From contig OZ244144.1 of assembly GCA_965216305.1 (NCBI GenBank), positions 3,692,429 to 3,756,428 of the forward strand: a stretch of 64,000 nucleotides of DNA, in the 5' to 3' direction. This document shows positions 50,357 to 60,414 of the stretch, piece after piece; the first letter of the stretch is position 1; each line of letters opens with the position of its first letter. Source of the stretch: Gammaproteobacteria bacterium. Its GTDB lineage: Bacteria; Pseudomonadota; Gammaproteobacteria; Ga0077536. The position numbers and the translations under genes are program-made. A model generated the notes under the pieces. The model had not been told where the DNA came from, ran no database searches, and saw only the letters and a list, made by a program, of their open reading frames with translations.

Positions 50357-51553
50357 TTAGCGCCCGACGGTCCAGCCGCGTAGCCGCAATTGTTGTTGCA
50401 GTTCCGTAAACGCGGGCTTCGCGTCGCCGACCCGACGACCAAGCAGTCCCAGGCTGCCGATAAACTCGCTGAACGCCTGCGCCGGCGTAATGTCCCCGAG
50501 GGTTGCCTCACTCACGGCGTCGATGTCGGTCGCTTGCAAATCATATAGCCAAGTGAACGTTATTAACTTGATCCGATCCTTGTAGTGATCCCACAGCCGG
50601 AAGGCCGTGATGACAAACTCGCGCTGCTTTTCTGCACTGCCGCCAATCGCCGTGCTGCTGGGGTAGCCGAACTGGTAGAAGTGCACATCCTTCGTCGGGT
50701 AGACCTCGAGCAAGCGTGCGAAATGATCACGCAGGACCGCCGGCGCGAGCACGGTATTCTCCGCCAGGGGGTAGTAGCTCACCCCGATGACATCCGCCTG
50801 TTGATTGAGTTGCAGCAACCGATCACGCGCGGCACCGGTGAGGCCGTCGTACGTTGCTTCGAGCGCGAACGGGGTGTTACGCCAGCGCGCCTTGGCCCGC
50901 ACGTGCGCTCTGACACTCGCGATCATGCGTTCCAGTTCCGCCCAGCGGTCGCGATTGCGGGCCGCCTCCAACGCAAGGCGTACATCGAATTCATTGCCGA
51001 AGACAAGCGCCCGAACATCGAGGTCGTGAGTCAGCGAATAGACCCAGTCGATGTACCGGTGCAGCCGTCGCAGCAATTTCGGGTCATCGTAGCGCAGCGC
51101 CTGCAGATCGGCAGGAATCCGGCTCGCGGCGGTTTCGAATACCATCAACGTGATGACCACAGGCAATCGTTTACGTCGCATAATCTCTATGGCGCGTTCG
51201 TTGCCGTAATCTTCGAACCGGATGTTTCCGAACAGTGAGCGCCGCTCAGCCGTGGCCCAGCCGATTGCGAGTTCACCGGGGAGATCGATACCGGTAGCGA
51301 CGGCGAGATCGACGGCGTCTTCATAGGCCGCGAAAAAATCCGCGCCAGGCTCGAGCGCGGGAGTCGTTATCGCGATTGAAATCTGCCGCTCGCCTTTCGC
51401 GGCCGGCTCGTCGCCGTGCGTTGCGGGCACCTCATCCCACATCGCTGCCAGGATTATTGCAACGATGGCTGCGACCGCCGAGCGTCGGCGCGCGGTTGCA
51501 CGCGGCGCGGCGCTGACCGTCAGGCCATGCGAGGGCTTACGTGCAGCAAGCAA
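50357..51553 (-). CDS. Secreted glycoside hydrolase clan A-like TIM-barrel protein
   Basis: Hydrophobic leader; W..E, FGNEFD, DVIGVSYYP, FGYPS, F.WLYD, SLGL..KPA; start uncertain. Confidence 0.7.
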   Translation of the reverse strand: MLAARKPSHGLTVSAAPRATARRRSAVAAIVAIILAAMWDEVPATHGDEPAAKGERQISIAITTPALEPGADFFAAYEDAVDLAVATGIDLPGELAIGWATAERRSLFGNIRFEDYGNERAIEIMRRKRLPVVITLMVFETAASRIPADLQALRYDDPKLLRRLHRYIDWVYSLTHDLDVRALVFGNEFDVRLALEAARNRDRWAELERMIASVRAHVRAKARWRNTPFALEATYDGLTGAARDRLLQLNQQADVIGVSYYPLAENTVLAPAVLRDHFARLLEVYPTKDVHFYQFGYPSSTAIGGSAEKQREFVITAFRLWDHYKDRIKLITFTWLYDLQATDIDAVSEATLGDITPAQAFSEFIGSLGLLGRRVGDAKPAFTELQQQLRLRGWTVGR

Positions 51554-51569
51554 TGCGCGCTCCCGCGGA

Positions 51570-52043
51570 CTAGCCTTGCTTCCAGCGGAAGTCGCAGTGG
51601 TGGGCGCCGCCCATGCGCGTTTGCGTGCGCTCGAGTTCGAGATCCTGACCCACGGCTTTCGTCATCGGCGGATCGATTTCGCAAGTGAGAATCGCGCCGA
51701 ATTCAGGTTCACCGAGTTCGTGAAAATATTCCGCGTACTTGCACCGGGTGACATTGAACGTGAGTTCGTCGTCCGTATCGGCAAGCGGTTCAACGCCAAG
51801 GGCGTCATCAGCGGCGAATATGGGGATAGCATTGCGCAGGCGCGCGAGCGATGTCGCCCCCTTCGACTGGCCGAGGCTTACGCCGAACGCGACCGAATAT
51901 TCCCTTACCGCGCCACGCAGCATTTCGCAGGCGCGCTCATTACCGAGTTCCTCGCGCATCCGGCGAAACAGGGGCAGCAGTATTTCCGTCTGAATTTTTA
52001 CCCGATCGAGATACGGCAGATGATCGAAAGATAATTGCGTCAT
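51570..52043 (-). CDS. L-2-amino-thiazoline-4-carboxylate hydrolase-like (ATC_hydrolase/V4R-type) protein
   Basis: FNVTRC.YAE.F..LG..E.G..L.C..D; L.RTQT.M.GA.HCDFR; AGGAG RBS. Confidence 0.85.
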   Translation of the reverse strand: MTQLSFDHLPYLDRVKIQTEILLPLFRRMREELGNERACEMLRGAVREYSVAFGVSLGQSKGATSLARLRNAIPIFAADDALGVEPLADTDDELTFNVTRCKYAEYFHELGEPEFGAILTCEIDPPMTKAVGQDLELERTQTRMGGAHHCDFRWKQG

Positions 52044-52318
52044 GGCACACTCCTGATGAGGGCTGGGGCCGTTCCGACACATGGCAAACGGTGATGGCAC
52101 GGTTGCCTGATTGTAGCGCGGATCCCTGACCCCGTCGGACGTCATCGCTGCGTATCCGCGCGCGGTTCACTGCACACGATCACACAGGCTTCGGCATGAC
52201 ATTCAGCCGTCAGTATCTGCAACATCGATGCCGATGCCACGCCGCAAACTGATAGACTTGAGAAGTCTTACCGCCGCTTCGATCAGGACATCATGCAACT
52301 GAGCAGAGAGTGCCCACC

Positions 52319-53752
52319 ATGAGCCAATTTACCGGTTTGATCGGCATCGCGGCAATATTCGCCAGCGTCTACGCCATGTCGCGCAATCGGCAGGCAATCA
52401 ACGGGCGACTCGTCGTGTGCGGCCTGTGTCTGCAGGTGATACTTGCCGTTTTCATCCTGCAGACACCGTGGGGACAGAGCCTGTTCCAACTGCTCGGGCG
52501 CGCGGTGGAGACGCTCCTCGGTTTCGCGAACTACGGCGCGAGCTTCGTCCTTGGTCCGCTGAACGATGCAGAGAAGATGACTGCTTTGTTCGGCCCCGGG
52601 GGGGCATTCATTTTCGTGTTCAAACTCGTACCGACGCTAATCTTCGTGTCCTCTCTGTCCGCCCTCGCCTACTACCTCGGAATCATGCAGAAAGTTGTCG
52701 AGTTCATCGCCTATGTGATTTACCGGATCATGGGCGCGAGCGGCTCGGAAGCAACCTCAAACGCGGCCAGCGTGTTGATCGGCATGCTCGAAGCCCAGTT
52801 GCTCATCAGGCCGTTCCTGTCGAAGGCAACGGAATCGGAACTCGTCGCCATCCTCGCGGGCTCCATGGCGTGTATCTCCGGCGGCATGATGGCGATTTAC
52901 ATGCAAATGGGTATCGCGGCCGAGTTCATGATGGCGGCAAGCGTTATGGCAATACCCGGTGCACTCGTGATCTCGAAAATCATGTATCCCGAGGTTGAGG
53001 AGTCGATCACCCGGGGCCGGATAAAACTGAGTGTGGAGAAGAAATCCGTCAACGCGCTCGATGCCGTGGCCGGCGGCGCGGTCGAGGGGCTCAAGGTAGG
53101 GGTTGCCGCGAGCGCGGTGCTGATCGCGGTGCTCGCATTTGTCGCCATGCTCGACTTCGGCATTGGCAAGGCCGGTTTGTATCTGGCCACGACGTTCTAC
53201 AGCACGAGCGAACCGGTGATCGTGCTGAACATGAACCTGAGCAATCTCACCCTGGGCGGCGTACTGGGCGCGGTGTTCTACTACCCGGCGATCATAATGG
53301 GTGTACCCGTGCAGGACGCTGCCGCCGTGGGCGGCCTGATGGGAACAAAGCTTGTGGTCAACGAGTTTGTCGCCTATAGCCAGATGGTTCCCTTGCTCGA
53401 CGGCGGGATCTTGCATGCGAAATCCGAGTTGATCGCGACGGTCGCCCTGTGCGGGTTCGCGAACTTCGGCTCTGTCGCGATCCTCATCGGGGGCGTCGGC
53501 GGTATGGCGCCTGATCGTCGTCACGACCTCGCACGGATCGGCCTGCGCGCCATGATTTGCGGCACGCTGGCCTCCTACCTCGCGGCGTCGATCGCCGGGA
53601 TTATGTACGCCGATAACGCAACTGCCACGAGCGGCTCGGTGCTGACGTCCGTGCTCATCATCGCCGCGGCCGGCGCCGTCATCGTGGCGTATAGCGTGAA
53701 GACAAGGAAACAGCAGCAAGGCCACACACCGCCAAGCGCGGAGATCGGCTAG
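52319..53752 (+). CDS. nupC: Concentrative nucleoside transporter (NupC/CNT family)
   Basis: S.NR..IN..V..GL.LQ, LP.LIF.S.L..YY.GIMQ, AS.M..PG, KL..NEFVAY, LCGFANFGS. Confidence 0.92.
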   Translation: MSQFTGLIGIAAIFASVYAMSRNRQAINGRLVVCGLCLQVILAVFILQTPWGQSLFQLLGRAVETLLGFANYGASFVLGPLNDAEKMTALFGPGGAFIFVFKLVPTLIFVSSLSALAYYLGIMQKVVEFIAYVIYRIMGASGSEATSNAASVLIGMLEAQLLIRPFLSKATESELVAILAGSMACISGGMMAIYMQMGIAAEFMMAASVMAIPGALVISKIMYPEVEESITRGRIKLSVEKKSVNALDAVAGGAVEGLKVGVAASAVLIAVLAFVAMLDFGIGKAGLYLATTFYSTSEPVIVLNMNLSNLTLGGVLGAVFYYPAIIMGVPVQDAAAVGGLMGTKLVVNEFVAYSQMVPLLDGGILHAKSELIATVALCGFANFGSVAILIGGVGGMAPDRRHDLARIGLRAMICGTLASYLAASIAGIMYADNATATSGSVLTSVLIIAAAGAVIVAYSVKTRKQQQGHTPPSAEIG

Positions 53753-53753
53753 C

Positions 53754-54119
53754 TCAATTCGCCGCCGGCTTGGACGCTGGCTCGGTGGTGCTCGCCGGGT
53801 GGCAGGAATAGGCGTCCATGAGGGCGTAAAGCACGCCGGCGCTGGCCGGTTCACGCGTGGTCGAGGGATTCGCCACGAGGTATTGTTCAACCACGCGTTT
53901 CAGATCGTTCTTGCTCGCACCGGGTGGCAGGCAGACCTGGCCGGATTCAACGTGCAAATCGGCAATCGAGGCGACGTAGCCAAGGCAATACCAGTGCTGA
54001 CTCAGGTTCGGTGCGTCGCACGCGGCAAGCAGGCTGGCGGCAGTTTCGAACGTCGGGCCCGCAACCGCGACAGCCGGCGCGAAGGCGCACGCCGTCAGCA
54101 TCAGCAGCGGCTTTTTCAA
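53754..54119 (-). CDS. Rap1a/Tai-like secreted protein (T6SS amidase immunity fold)
   Basis: Signal peptide; LL..C..CLGYV..I.D..C.P..V..YL..P..A..V..AL..Y.C. Confidence 0.8.
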   Translation of the reverse strand: MKKPLLMLTACAFAPAVAVAGPTFETAASLLAACDAPNLSQHWYCLGYVASIADLHVESGQVCLPPGASKNDLKRVVEQYLVANPSTTREPASAGVLYALMDAYSCHPASTTEPASKPAAN

Positions 54120-54197
54120 TTAGCTTTCCGGGGGCGTGTGAATGTCAGGTGGTGTACGGCCGGCGGCGAGCACCCGTTCGGTGCATCGTCTGCCGCT

Positions 54198-54222
54198 GCG
54201 CCGGGGTTTCGCACCCCGGCGC
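54198..54222 (-). terminator. GC-rich hairpin downstream of the DUF1302 gene
   Basis: GCGCCGGGGT-GCGAA-ACCCCGGCGC (minus strand). Confidence 0.5.
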
Positions 54223-54281
54223 CGGCACGCGCTGCATGCCGGTGGCGACACATCGCAACGCTCACTACGCTGTCTCCGCGA

Positions 54282-55994
54282 TCAGAACGTGTACTTCAAC
54301 TCGAAGAACATCGAATCGTTGGCTCTGAACTGACCGAAGAACGCGTCGCCCTTGCCTTCGACAACGTTGATACCAACCCGTCCCGACACGTTGCTGTTGA
54401 AATTGTAGCCAACGACACCGCGCACCCAGGTGCTGTTCTGACGATTGCCGAGTTCATGCAAACCGAACAGCTCCACGTGCAGTGTTTTACCCGGCAGGAA
54501 GTCGTTGAACATGAACAGGGTGAGCACGTTACGTGTCCGGCCACGCAGGCCGGTAAAACCGTTCGATTCGCCACCGATGATGTAACCCTTGCTGCCGCAA
54601 CCCGGTTGCGCGTCGCAGGCCACCGAACCGATGTTCGTGAACTGGCCCACCCCGGGATCGCGCAGAATTTCATCACGCCAGTACTGGAACGACGTAAACC
54701 ACGGCGTCTTGAACCAGTTCCTCGGGCCGATGTAGAGGTACTGATCAAAACCGGTGAGGAACGTGATGCTGTCCGCTTCGATGTCGTTTAAATCCGGTTC
54801 GTAGAAGCGCTGATTAAAGTTGTAAACGAGTTCACCGCGCATCACCGTGCCTTCAAACTGGCCTGGCAGCCACATCAACGCCTTGTCGAACGAGAAACCC
54901 GCGAGCTCGTAACGGTTGCGGTCGAAATCGATACCGCCGCCAAGCGCGCGTGCCGTGGCGATGTTGAACGCGAAACCAAAATTATCCCGGTTCTGCAGTT
55001 CGTAGATCGGCAGATCCTCGTACAGATAGGCGTAATGGAACGAATACGTCATGTCCGAGAACGGACCGAGGCCACCGCCCGTACGCGCCTGCCAGCGCAC
55101 GAACACTTCGGATTTGTCCCAGACGTCGCCTTCATCCCATTTGTCGTGGTCGAAGAAATTTGTTTCGCCGAACAGACCTTCGGACACGTTGATGATCTGA
55201 TTCGCGTAATCGACCACGCGCAGCGTCCACGGATGCTGTCCTTCTTCGCGCTGGGTAAAGCCCGGGAATCTCGACGGGGTGTAGTCGAGGTTCCACACCA
55301 CCTGAAGTTCCTTCGAGATACCACCCGGGATCCACTCGTGCCCGCTGAGGTCGAGCGTCGTATTGATCATCCACTGCGGGATCATGAACCGCTCCTGCTC
55401 GAACGTAAGCGGGTTGCGGAAGTTGCGCGGCGTGACGACGTCGAGCACGGTGACCCCGTCGGAACGGCCCCAGGTGACGATCTGGCGCCCGGCGCGTACA
55501 TGAACCGGGTTGAAATTGATATCGAGATAAGCCTCGCGAATCAGCGGATCCCATTTGTCATTGAGTCCGCTGACGAGGTTCGACTCCCACGGATTGGAGA
55601 TGCCGTTGCCCTTGTCGTTGATGTCGAACATCGCGTCATAGTAGGGGCGAAGTTTCAGCACCGGCGTCACATTCGATAGCCCGTGATACGAGAACTCAAG
55701 CAGTAGCTCCGTACGCCACTGTGTCAGCGTATCGTAGCGGTCGCGGTTCGGCGTGCCTCGGGTGGCCGGCAAGTCACCGGGGCCGAGGAATACGCCGGGC
55801 GCAACCGCGAGCGAAAATTCCCGTGGTCCGTTATCGCGACCCGAAAGACGTATTTCAGCCGCCGAGAAGATCTCACCGCTGACTTCCAGATTACCGAAAG
55901 ACATACGGGCCGAAGCCAGTCCCGACCACCCCATCGCGATCAGTACGCTAGCCATAAAAACTGCGACTGTGCAGTGTCGACTAATGTTGTTCAT
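54282..55994 (-). CDS. DUF1302-like outer-membrane beta-barrel protein
   Basis: Signal peptide; IREAYLD..RAGRQIVTWG.SDG..VLD...P; RGEL.Y; FFGQF..ND...ELKYTF with C-terminal Phe; GGGGAG RBS. Confidence 0.82.
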   Translation of the reverse strand: MNNISRHCTVAVFMASVLIAMGWSGLASARMSFGNLEVSGEIFSAAEIRLSGRDNGPREFSLAVAPGVFLGPGDLPATRGTPNRDRYDTLTQWRTELLLEFSYHGLSNVTPVLKLRPYYDAMFDINDKGNGISNPWESNLVSGLNDKWDPLIREAYLDINFNPVHVRAGRQIVTWGRSDGVTVLDVVTPRNFRNPLTFEQERFMIPQWMINTTLDLSGHEWIPGGISKELQVVWNLDYTPSRFPGFTQREEGQHPWTLRVVDYANQIINVSEGLFGETNFFDHDKWDEGDVWDKSEVFVRWQARTGGGLGPFSDMTYSFHYAYLYEDLPIYELQNRDNFGFAFNIATARALGGGIDFDRNRYELAGFSFDKALMWLPGQFEGTVMRGELVYNFNQRFYEPDLNDIEADSITFLTGFDQYLYIGPRNWFKTPWFTSFQYWRDEILRDPGVGQFTNIGSVACDAQPGCGSKGYIIGGESNGFTGLRGRTRNVLTLFMFNDFLPGKTLHVELFGLHELGNRQNSTWVRGVVGYNFNSNVSGRVGINVVEGKGDAFFGQFRANDSMFFELKYTF

Positions 55995-56029
55995 GAGTTC
56001 TCCCCTTCGAATTAACTGAGACGCCACAA

Positions 56030-58600
56030 CTAGTTACCCTTGGTGCCTGACGACGCCGCCCCGAACGACATCGCGCCCGGGTGTTGCGTCGTGGTCTTGT
56101 GCCCCTGCCCCGCATGAGCTGCTACGCCGCTCATCTCGAGACCGCGCGTCAGGAAGCGCGGTTGGATCAGGCTCCAGACCACGGGAGCCGCGAAAAAGCT
56201 GAACAGAAATGTCGCGAGCAGGATCAGCGCCATGCTGAAACCCACGTAGCCGACGTAAAGCGGCACCACCGATACCGCGAGGCATCCGGCGAACAGTGCT
56301 GTGAATGAGAAAATCAACGGCTCGCGAACGAGCGTGAACGCGTCGAACAGTGCGCGATGAAAATCCCCGTCCTTCGGGTATTCCTCGCGAAAGCGGTACA
56401 GCAGATACACCTCGGCATCGATGCCCACGCCGCTCGCGATTGCCAGCGCCGCGGTAACATTGGAGTTGAATTCGATACCAATCAGGTGGATGAGCAGGAT
56501 CCAGATCAGAATTCCGATCGCGAGCGGGAACATCAGCAACAGCGGCCCCACGAGCGAGCGCAGCATCAACGCCGCCGCGACGAAGGACGCGAGCGCGCTG
56601 AGCGCCGTTGCCAGCACCATCCATTTCTTGATCGAACGATTGAACGCATCCGCGATACCGATATTGCCCGCCGGTAATTGCATGGAAACATTCAGCTTTG
56701 CCGCATCCCAGTTGGATTCGAGGTAATCGCGCGCACGCGCCACGAGTTTCGTCACGGTCTGCGGACTCGTGTCGCGCACGAAGGCCATCAACGCCGTGGT
56801 CTGGTAGTTCGGATCGACGACGAAATCGAACGCCCCCGGCATGCCGCCGGTGAGGAAATACATCGCTTCGTTAACGGCCATCTGCGCCCGGCCTTCCGTC
56901 GGGATCGCGAATGCCTCGTCCTTGTCCTCGTTGAGGAAGCGATTCATGATCTTGACGTAGAACGGCAGGCCAAGAACGGCCGATACCTCCTCCGCCTCGG
57001 TCAGGTGCTCGGCGAGACCGTCCATCGCGAGCAGCGCTTCAGGTGTTTTCACGTCACCGGGGTTCTCTCCCTCGGCCAGTATGGCAAGCGTGTAGACGCC
57101 GCCGAAGCGACGCGTGATTTCCTGCTCCATCAAATACAATTCGTTGTCTTTCCACGAGCGCGTGAGCAGGTTATGCACCGCGTAAGTATTGTTCTGACCG
57201 GTCTCCACTTCGTCGGCCAGAAAACGCCCAAGCGCGGTGTCTCCACCAAACGGAATCGACGTCCAGATACTCAGCGAAACCGCGACGGCGACGCCGGCAA
57301 CACCAAGCACCGTCCATTGCGCGCGTCGGCTATAGATCAGCGGCCGTACGATCACGGCGGTAACCCGGTAGATCAGCCCGCGCGAGGATTCGCGCCCCTG
57401 TTCGGCGTGCGCAACGGCCTTGCGGATCGTTCGCTCCGGCACAAGCGACAGCAGCGCGACGAGGAAAGTGGGAATGATCACCATGATAGCGACGAGTCCG
57501 AAGGCAGTGATCTGTCCGAGTACGCGCACATTGTCGAACGGTACGAAAGACAGCACGACAAACGCCATCAGATCAGTACACAGCACCACGACAAGGGGTT
57601 TCGTCAGGTGGATCAGGGTCTGCCGCAAACCTTCGAGCAGCGAGCCGCCCGCATGCATCTCGTCGGTAAGCAGGCGCTTGATGAACAGCACGCTGTGCGA
57701 AGCCGCGACGGCCATGAGGATGAAGGGCACGAGCAGTGCGGCGGAGGAGTTGAGTACGTCGCCCTCCAGAACGTGCTGAGCGCCGAACGCCCAGATCGAG
57801 GCAACGATGCCAACGAGCAGCGGTGGAATCACGCCGACCACGGAGCGGAACGCGAAAATCAGTACGGTGGTGATGCCGGCGACAACAAGCAGGAACGCAC
57901 CAAATATGTACGGCAAGCCGTCGCTGTTGACCCAGCCAATGAGGATTGGCGAGCCGGCCGCGGTAACGTCGTGGGTGGCGTCGTTTTCCGGACCGATAAT
58001 GCGCTGGACTTCCTTGTATATCGCGATCGGATCGGTCACCGGCAGTTCGAGCCCCGCGCGCAGATCCTGCAGGCCGGTACGGAAATCCGCCTGGATAATC
58101 ACTGCGCTGCCGTCTTTCGATACGAGCGCGCCATTGAGTGCGGCGTTGTTCGAAATACCGAAACGAACGCGTTCGAGTTCTTCCGGTGTTTCCGGTGCCC
58201 GGTTCGGATTGTCGAACAACACGCCGGCGTCCAGCGTATCGGCCGTACCGCGCAGGTAGCGCGAGTTAATCGTCGACAGCGAGCGCAGCGCATACGGAAT
58301 GACGCCGTGTACTTCGCGCAGTTCGTCCGTGATGCGCTTGACCGTGGCGAGCGTGTCGGCCTGGACGATACTTTGCCCGTCCTTGCGCGACACCATGATG
58401 GTGACGAGGTTCGCGCCGCCGAACTTGCGTTGCAGCTGTTCGTTCAGGACTACCGCCGGATCGTCTTCCGGCGGCCAGCGATTCGGATCGTCGTATATTT
58501 TAAGTGACGAGGCCAGGTAGCCCGCGACGCCGGTGATGGCGAGCGTCGCAATGAGCAATGCGAAGCGGAACCGGACCAGAAATGTAGCGAGTTTTTCCAT
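56030..58600 (-). CDS. MMPL/RND-family transporter
   Basis: Two repeats of TM + periplasmic loop (FGGAN / FGG) + five TMs; GVGIDA.VY..RFREE. Confidence 0.9.
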   Translation of the reverse strand: MEKLATFLVRFRFALLIATLAITGVAGYLASSLKIYDDPNRWPPEDDPAVVLNEQLQRKFGGANLVTIMVSRKDGQSIVQADTLATVKRITDELREVHGVIPYALRSLSTINSRYLRGTADTLDAGVLFDNPNRAPETPEELERVRFGISNNAALNGALVSKDGSAVIIQADFRTGLQDLRAGLELPVTDPIAIYKEVQRIIGPENDATHDVTAAGSPILIGWVNSDGLPYIFGAFLLVVAGITTVLIFAFRSVVGVIPPLLVGIVASIWAFGAQHVLEGDVLNSSAALLVPFILMAVAASHSVLFIKRLLTDEMHAGGSLLEGLRQTLIHLTKPLVVVLCTDLMAFVVLSFVPFDNVRVLGQITAFGLVAIMVIIPTFLVALLSLVPERTIRKAVAHAEQGRESSRGLIYRVTAVIVRPLIYSRRAQWTVLGVAGVAVAVSLSIWTSIPFGGDTALGRFLADEVETGQNNTYAVHNLLTRSWKDNELYLMEQEITRRFGGVYTLAILAEGENPGDVKTPEALLAMDGLAEHLTEAEEVSAVLGLPFYVKIMNRFLNEDKDEAFAIPTEGRAQMAVNEAMYFLTGGMPGAFDFVVDPNYQTTALMAFVRDTSPQTVTKLVARARDYLESNWDAAKLNVSMQLPAGNIGIADAFNRSIKKWMVLATALSALASFVAAALMLRSLVGPLLLMFPLAIGILIWILLIHLIGIEFNSNVTAALAIASGVGIDAEVYLLYRFREEYPKDGDFHRALFDAFTLVREPLIFSFTALFAGCLAVSVVPLYVGYVGFSMALILLATFLFSFFAAPVVWSLIQPRFLTRGLEMSGVAAHAGQGHKTTTQHPGAMSFGAASSGTKGN

Positions 58601-58640
58601 ATGTCTGTATCTGATCCGGTGCCGTTGCTATCCGCTCGTC

Positions 58641-59834
58641 CTATTCCCAGAACAGGATTTTGCGGACCGGCTCTTTCGCGAGGTTGTCGACGTTGACGAC
58701 CGTGCGTGGCATCGCGTCGTAATTCACCCAGAACTTGTTCATGTACCAGTCCATGCGAAAGCCGCTCTTCGGTTCAAAGAAGAACTCGCCGGCCCAGATC
58801 ATCTGCCAGTCTTCAAGCTCGTCATTCGCGTTCTGCAAGCGCGGATCCGAGGTTGCGATTGCACGGCGGTTAACCCGTTTGCGAATAATTTCGCCGTTCG
58901 AGTCGTACACCTCTTCGTACCAGCTGCTGCCGGTCTTCATGCCGATGATGCGGCGCTGTTTCGCGTACCAGTACGACTTTGACTGCGGTTTCATTTCGAG
59001 GATGTAAGCGGGCTCGCAGACGCCATCGATACCGATGTTGATCTTCTCGCCTTCCGTTTCGAAGGCGAATCCGAACGTACCGTCCGGCTGTCCCGCATAC
59101 AGCGTGTAACCGACGATTTCGTAGTCGATGTCCGGGAACGGTTTTACCTGCGGGAAGTCTTCCCAGCGCACAATCGTGCCGGGGACGATGTCCTGACGGG
59201 CCGCCTGTGGCAAACGTCTTACACGCCGCGCGGCGGGCGTGTAGAGGAACTCGTCGTTGAATTTTTCGCCGTGGTATATCGTGGTCGCAATCCCGAGGCC
59301 ACGAAAATCATTCGGCGCGACAAACGTGAACATGTACTGCGCGCGCACCTTTTCCGCGAGATCCTTCGGCAGTCCTTCCTGATTGAGGCGATAGGACAGC
59401 ATCCATTCGAACAGCTTCTTGTTGCGCTGGGTGCCGTCCGGAGAGGTCAGGTCGATGGACCATTCCGTAATGTAGTTTTCACCGAACTCGTTGAAGTAAA
59501 GCGCGGTGTAGGAGCGGTCGTGCACCTCGCGACCATCGTTTTGCAAGCGCTCCTCGAGCGACTGCTCCCAGGGGAACGGCAGGTTCGGCTGAACCCAGCG
59601 ATCGTAGATATTTGGTCCCACGTCCTTGTAGTCACGGGGATGCCAGGGTTGCGGCTTCCACTCGACGGTTTCGTCACCCCAGGTGCACACGAATGTGCCG
59701 GGTTCCTCACCCGGCGTCACCGAATAAGGCTTACCCAGAATCATCTCTTCAGCCACTGCGGATGACGGCAGCAACAAAATGAATGACAACAAGCCGATGG
59801 CTGTTATCGCTAAAGCGCCGATGGGTGATTTCAT
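58641..59834 (-). CDS. DUF1329/LolA-like periplasmic protein
   Basis: Signal peptide; F.AP.D.RG..., D.FLY.PA.RRVRRL...D...GT...ED; Y.K......VYD..G...K; GGAGG RBS. Confidence 0.8.
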   Translation of the reverse strand: MKSPIGALAITAIGLLSFILLLPSSAVAEEMILGKPYSVTPGEEPGTFVCTWGDETVEWKPQPWHPRDYKDVGPNIYDRWVQPNLPFPWEQSLEERLQNDGREVHDRSYTALYFNEFGENYITEWSIDLTSPDGTQRNKKLFEWMLSYRLNQEGLPKDLAEKVRAQYMFTFVAPNDFRGLGIATTIYHGEKFNDEFLYTPAARRVRRLPQAARQDIVPGTIVRWEDFPQVKPFPDIDYEIVGYTLYAGQPDGTFGFAFETEGEKINIGIDGVCEPAYILEMKPQSKSYWYAKQRRIIGMKTGSSWYEEVYDSNGEIIRKRVNRRAIATSDPRLQNANDELEDWQMIWAGEFFFEPKSGFRMDWYMNKFWVNYDAMPRTVVNVDNLAKEPVRKILFWE

Positions 59835-60144
59835 TGAGATAGCCTCCAGTATTGATCAGCCTAACCGAGGGATTTCGCGGCCGAATCGCGATGCTTCAGG
59901 CACAACTCCAACTGCGGTTGGAGGACGGCGCCGGTCGTGTTGAATGAGGGGAACGGGGTGGTTGCGAGACGGCAGGACCGGGTTCGTTTCACGCGCGACA
60001 GTCGCCGCTCGCTTGCTGTCACCTGCCGCGCTTAACGACGTTCGGTATTCGATGTTGTTGTTAAAGGCCACGGCCGTCCTTAACTAACGGTTGGCGAGCC
60101 AGGATGGCTTCCAACCTCACAGTGATTCCAGCGAACGATTGAAA

Positions 60145-60158
60145 TGGTAACGTTTCTA
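60145..60158. promoter_or_regulatory. LacI-family operator-like site 1
   Basis: TGGTAACGTTTCTA. Confidence 0.6.
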
Positions 60159-60288
60159 GTAAGCCCGATCAACAGTTCAATTTCCCGATAAATTTCCACG
60201 CCGCGTTTACCGAATTTATGCACTATATGCGGCAAATACTGCGTTTTTTTGCCGCTCGCGATCTTCTTTCAGGACGGAAATCTCGAAA

Positions 60289-60302
60289 AAGAATCGATTC
60301 TA
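60289..60302. promoter_or_regulatory. LacI-family operator-like site 2
   Basis: AAGAATCGATTCTA. Confidence 0.6.
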
Positions 60303-60414
60303 TTCTGTTTGTTCAATTAGTAATTCGCTGTCCATGGCGGGGCATCGTGCCGGGCCTGCCGGGGCGCCACCCAGGGTGTTGCAGCGCGGGAGATCCGAAC
60401 GTCCGGCAGAAGGT

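Noticed and set aside
56678-58507. 609-aa antisense ORF, and similar ones at 34239-35939, 24526-25530 and 52757-53890
   Set aside because: Shadow ORFs opposite well-supported genes; expected from high-GC codon bias
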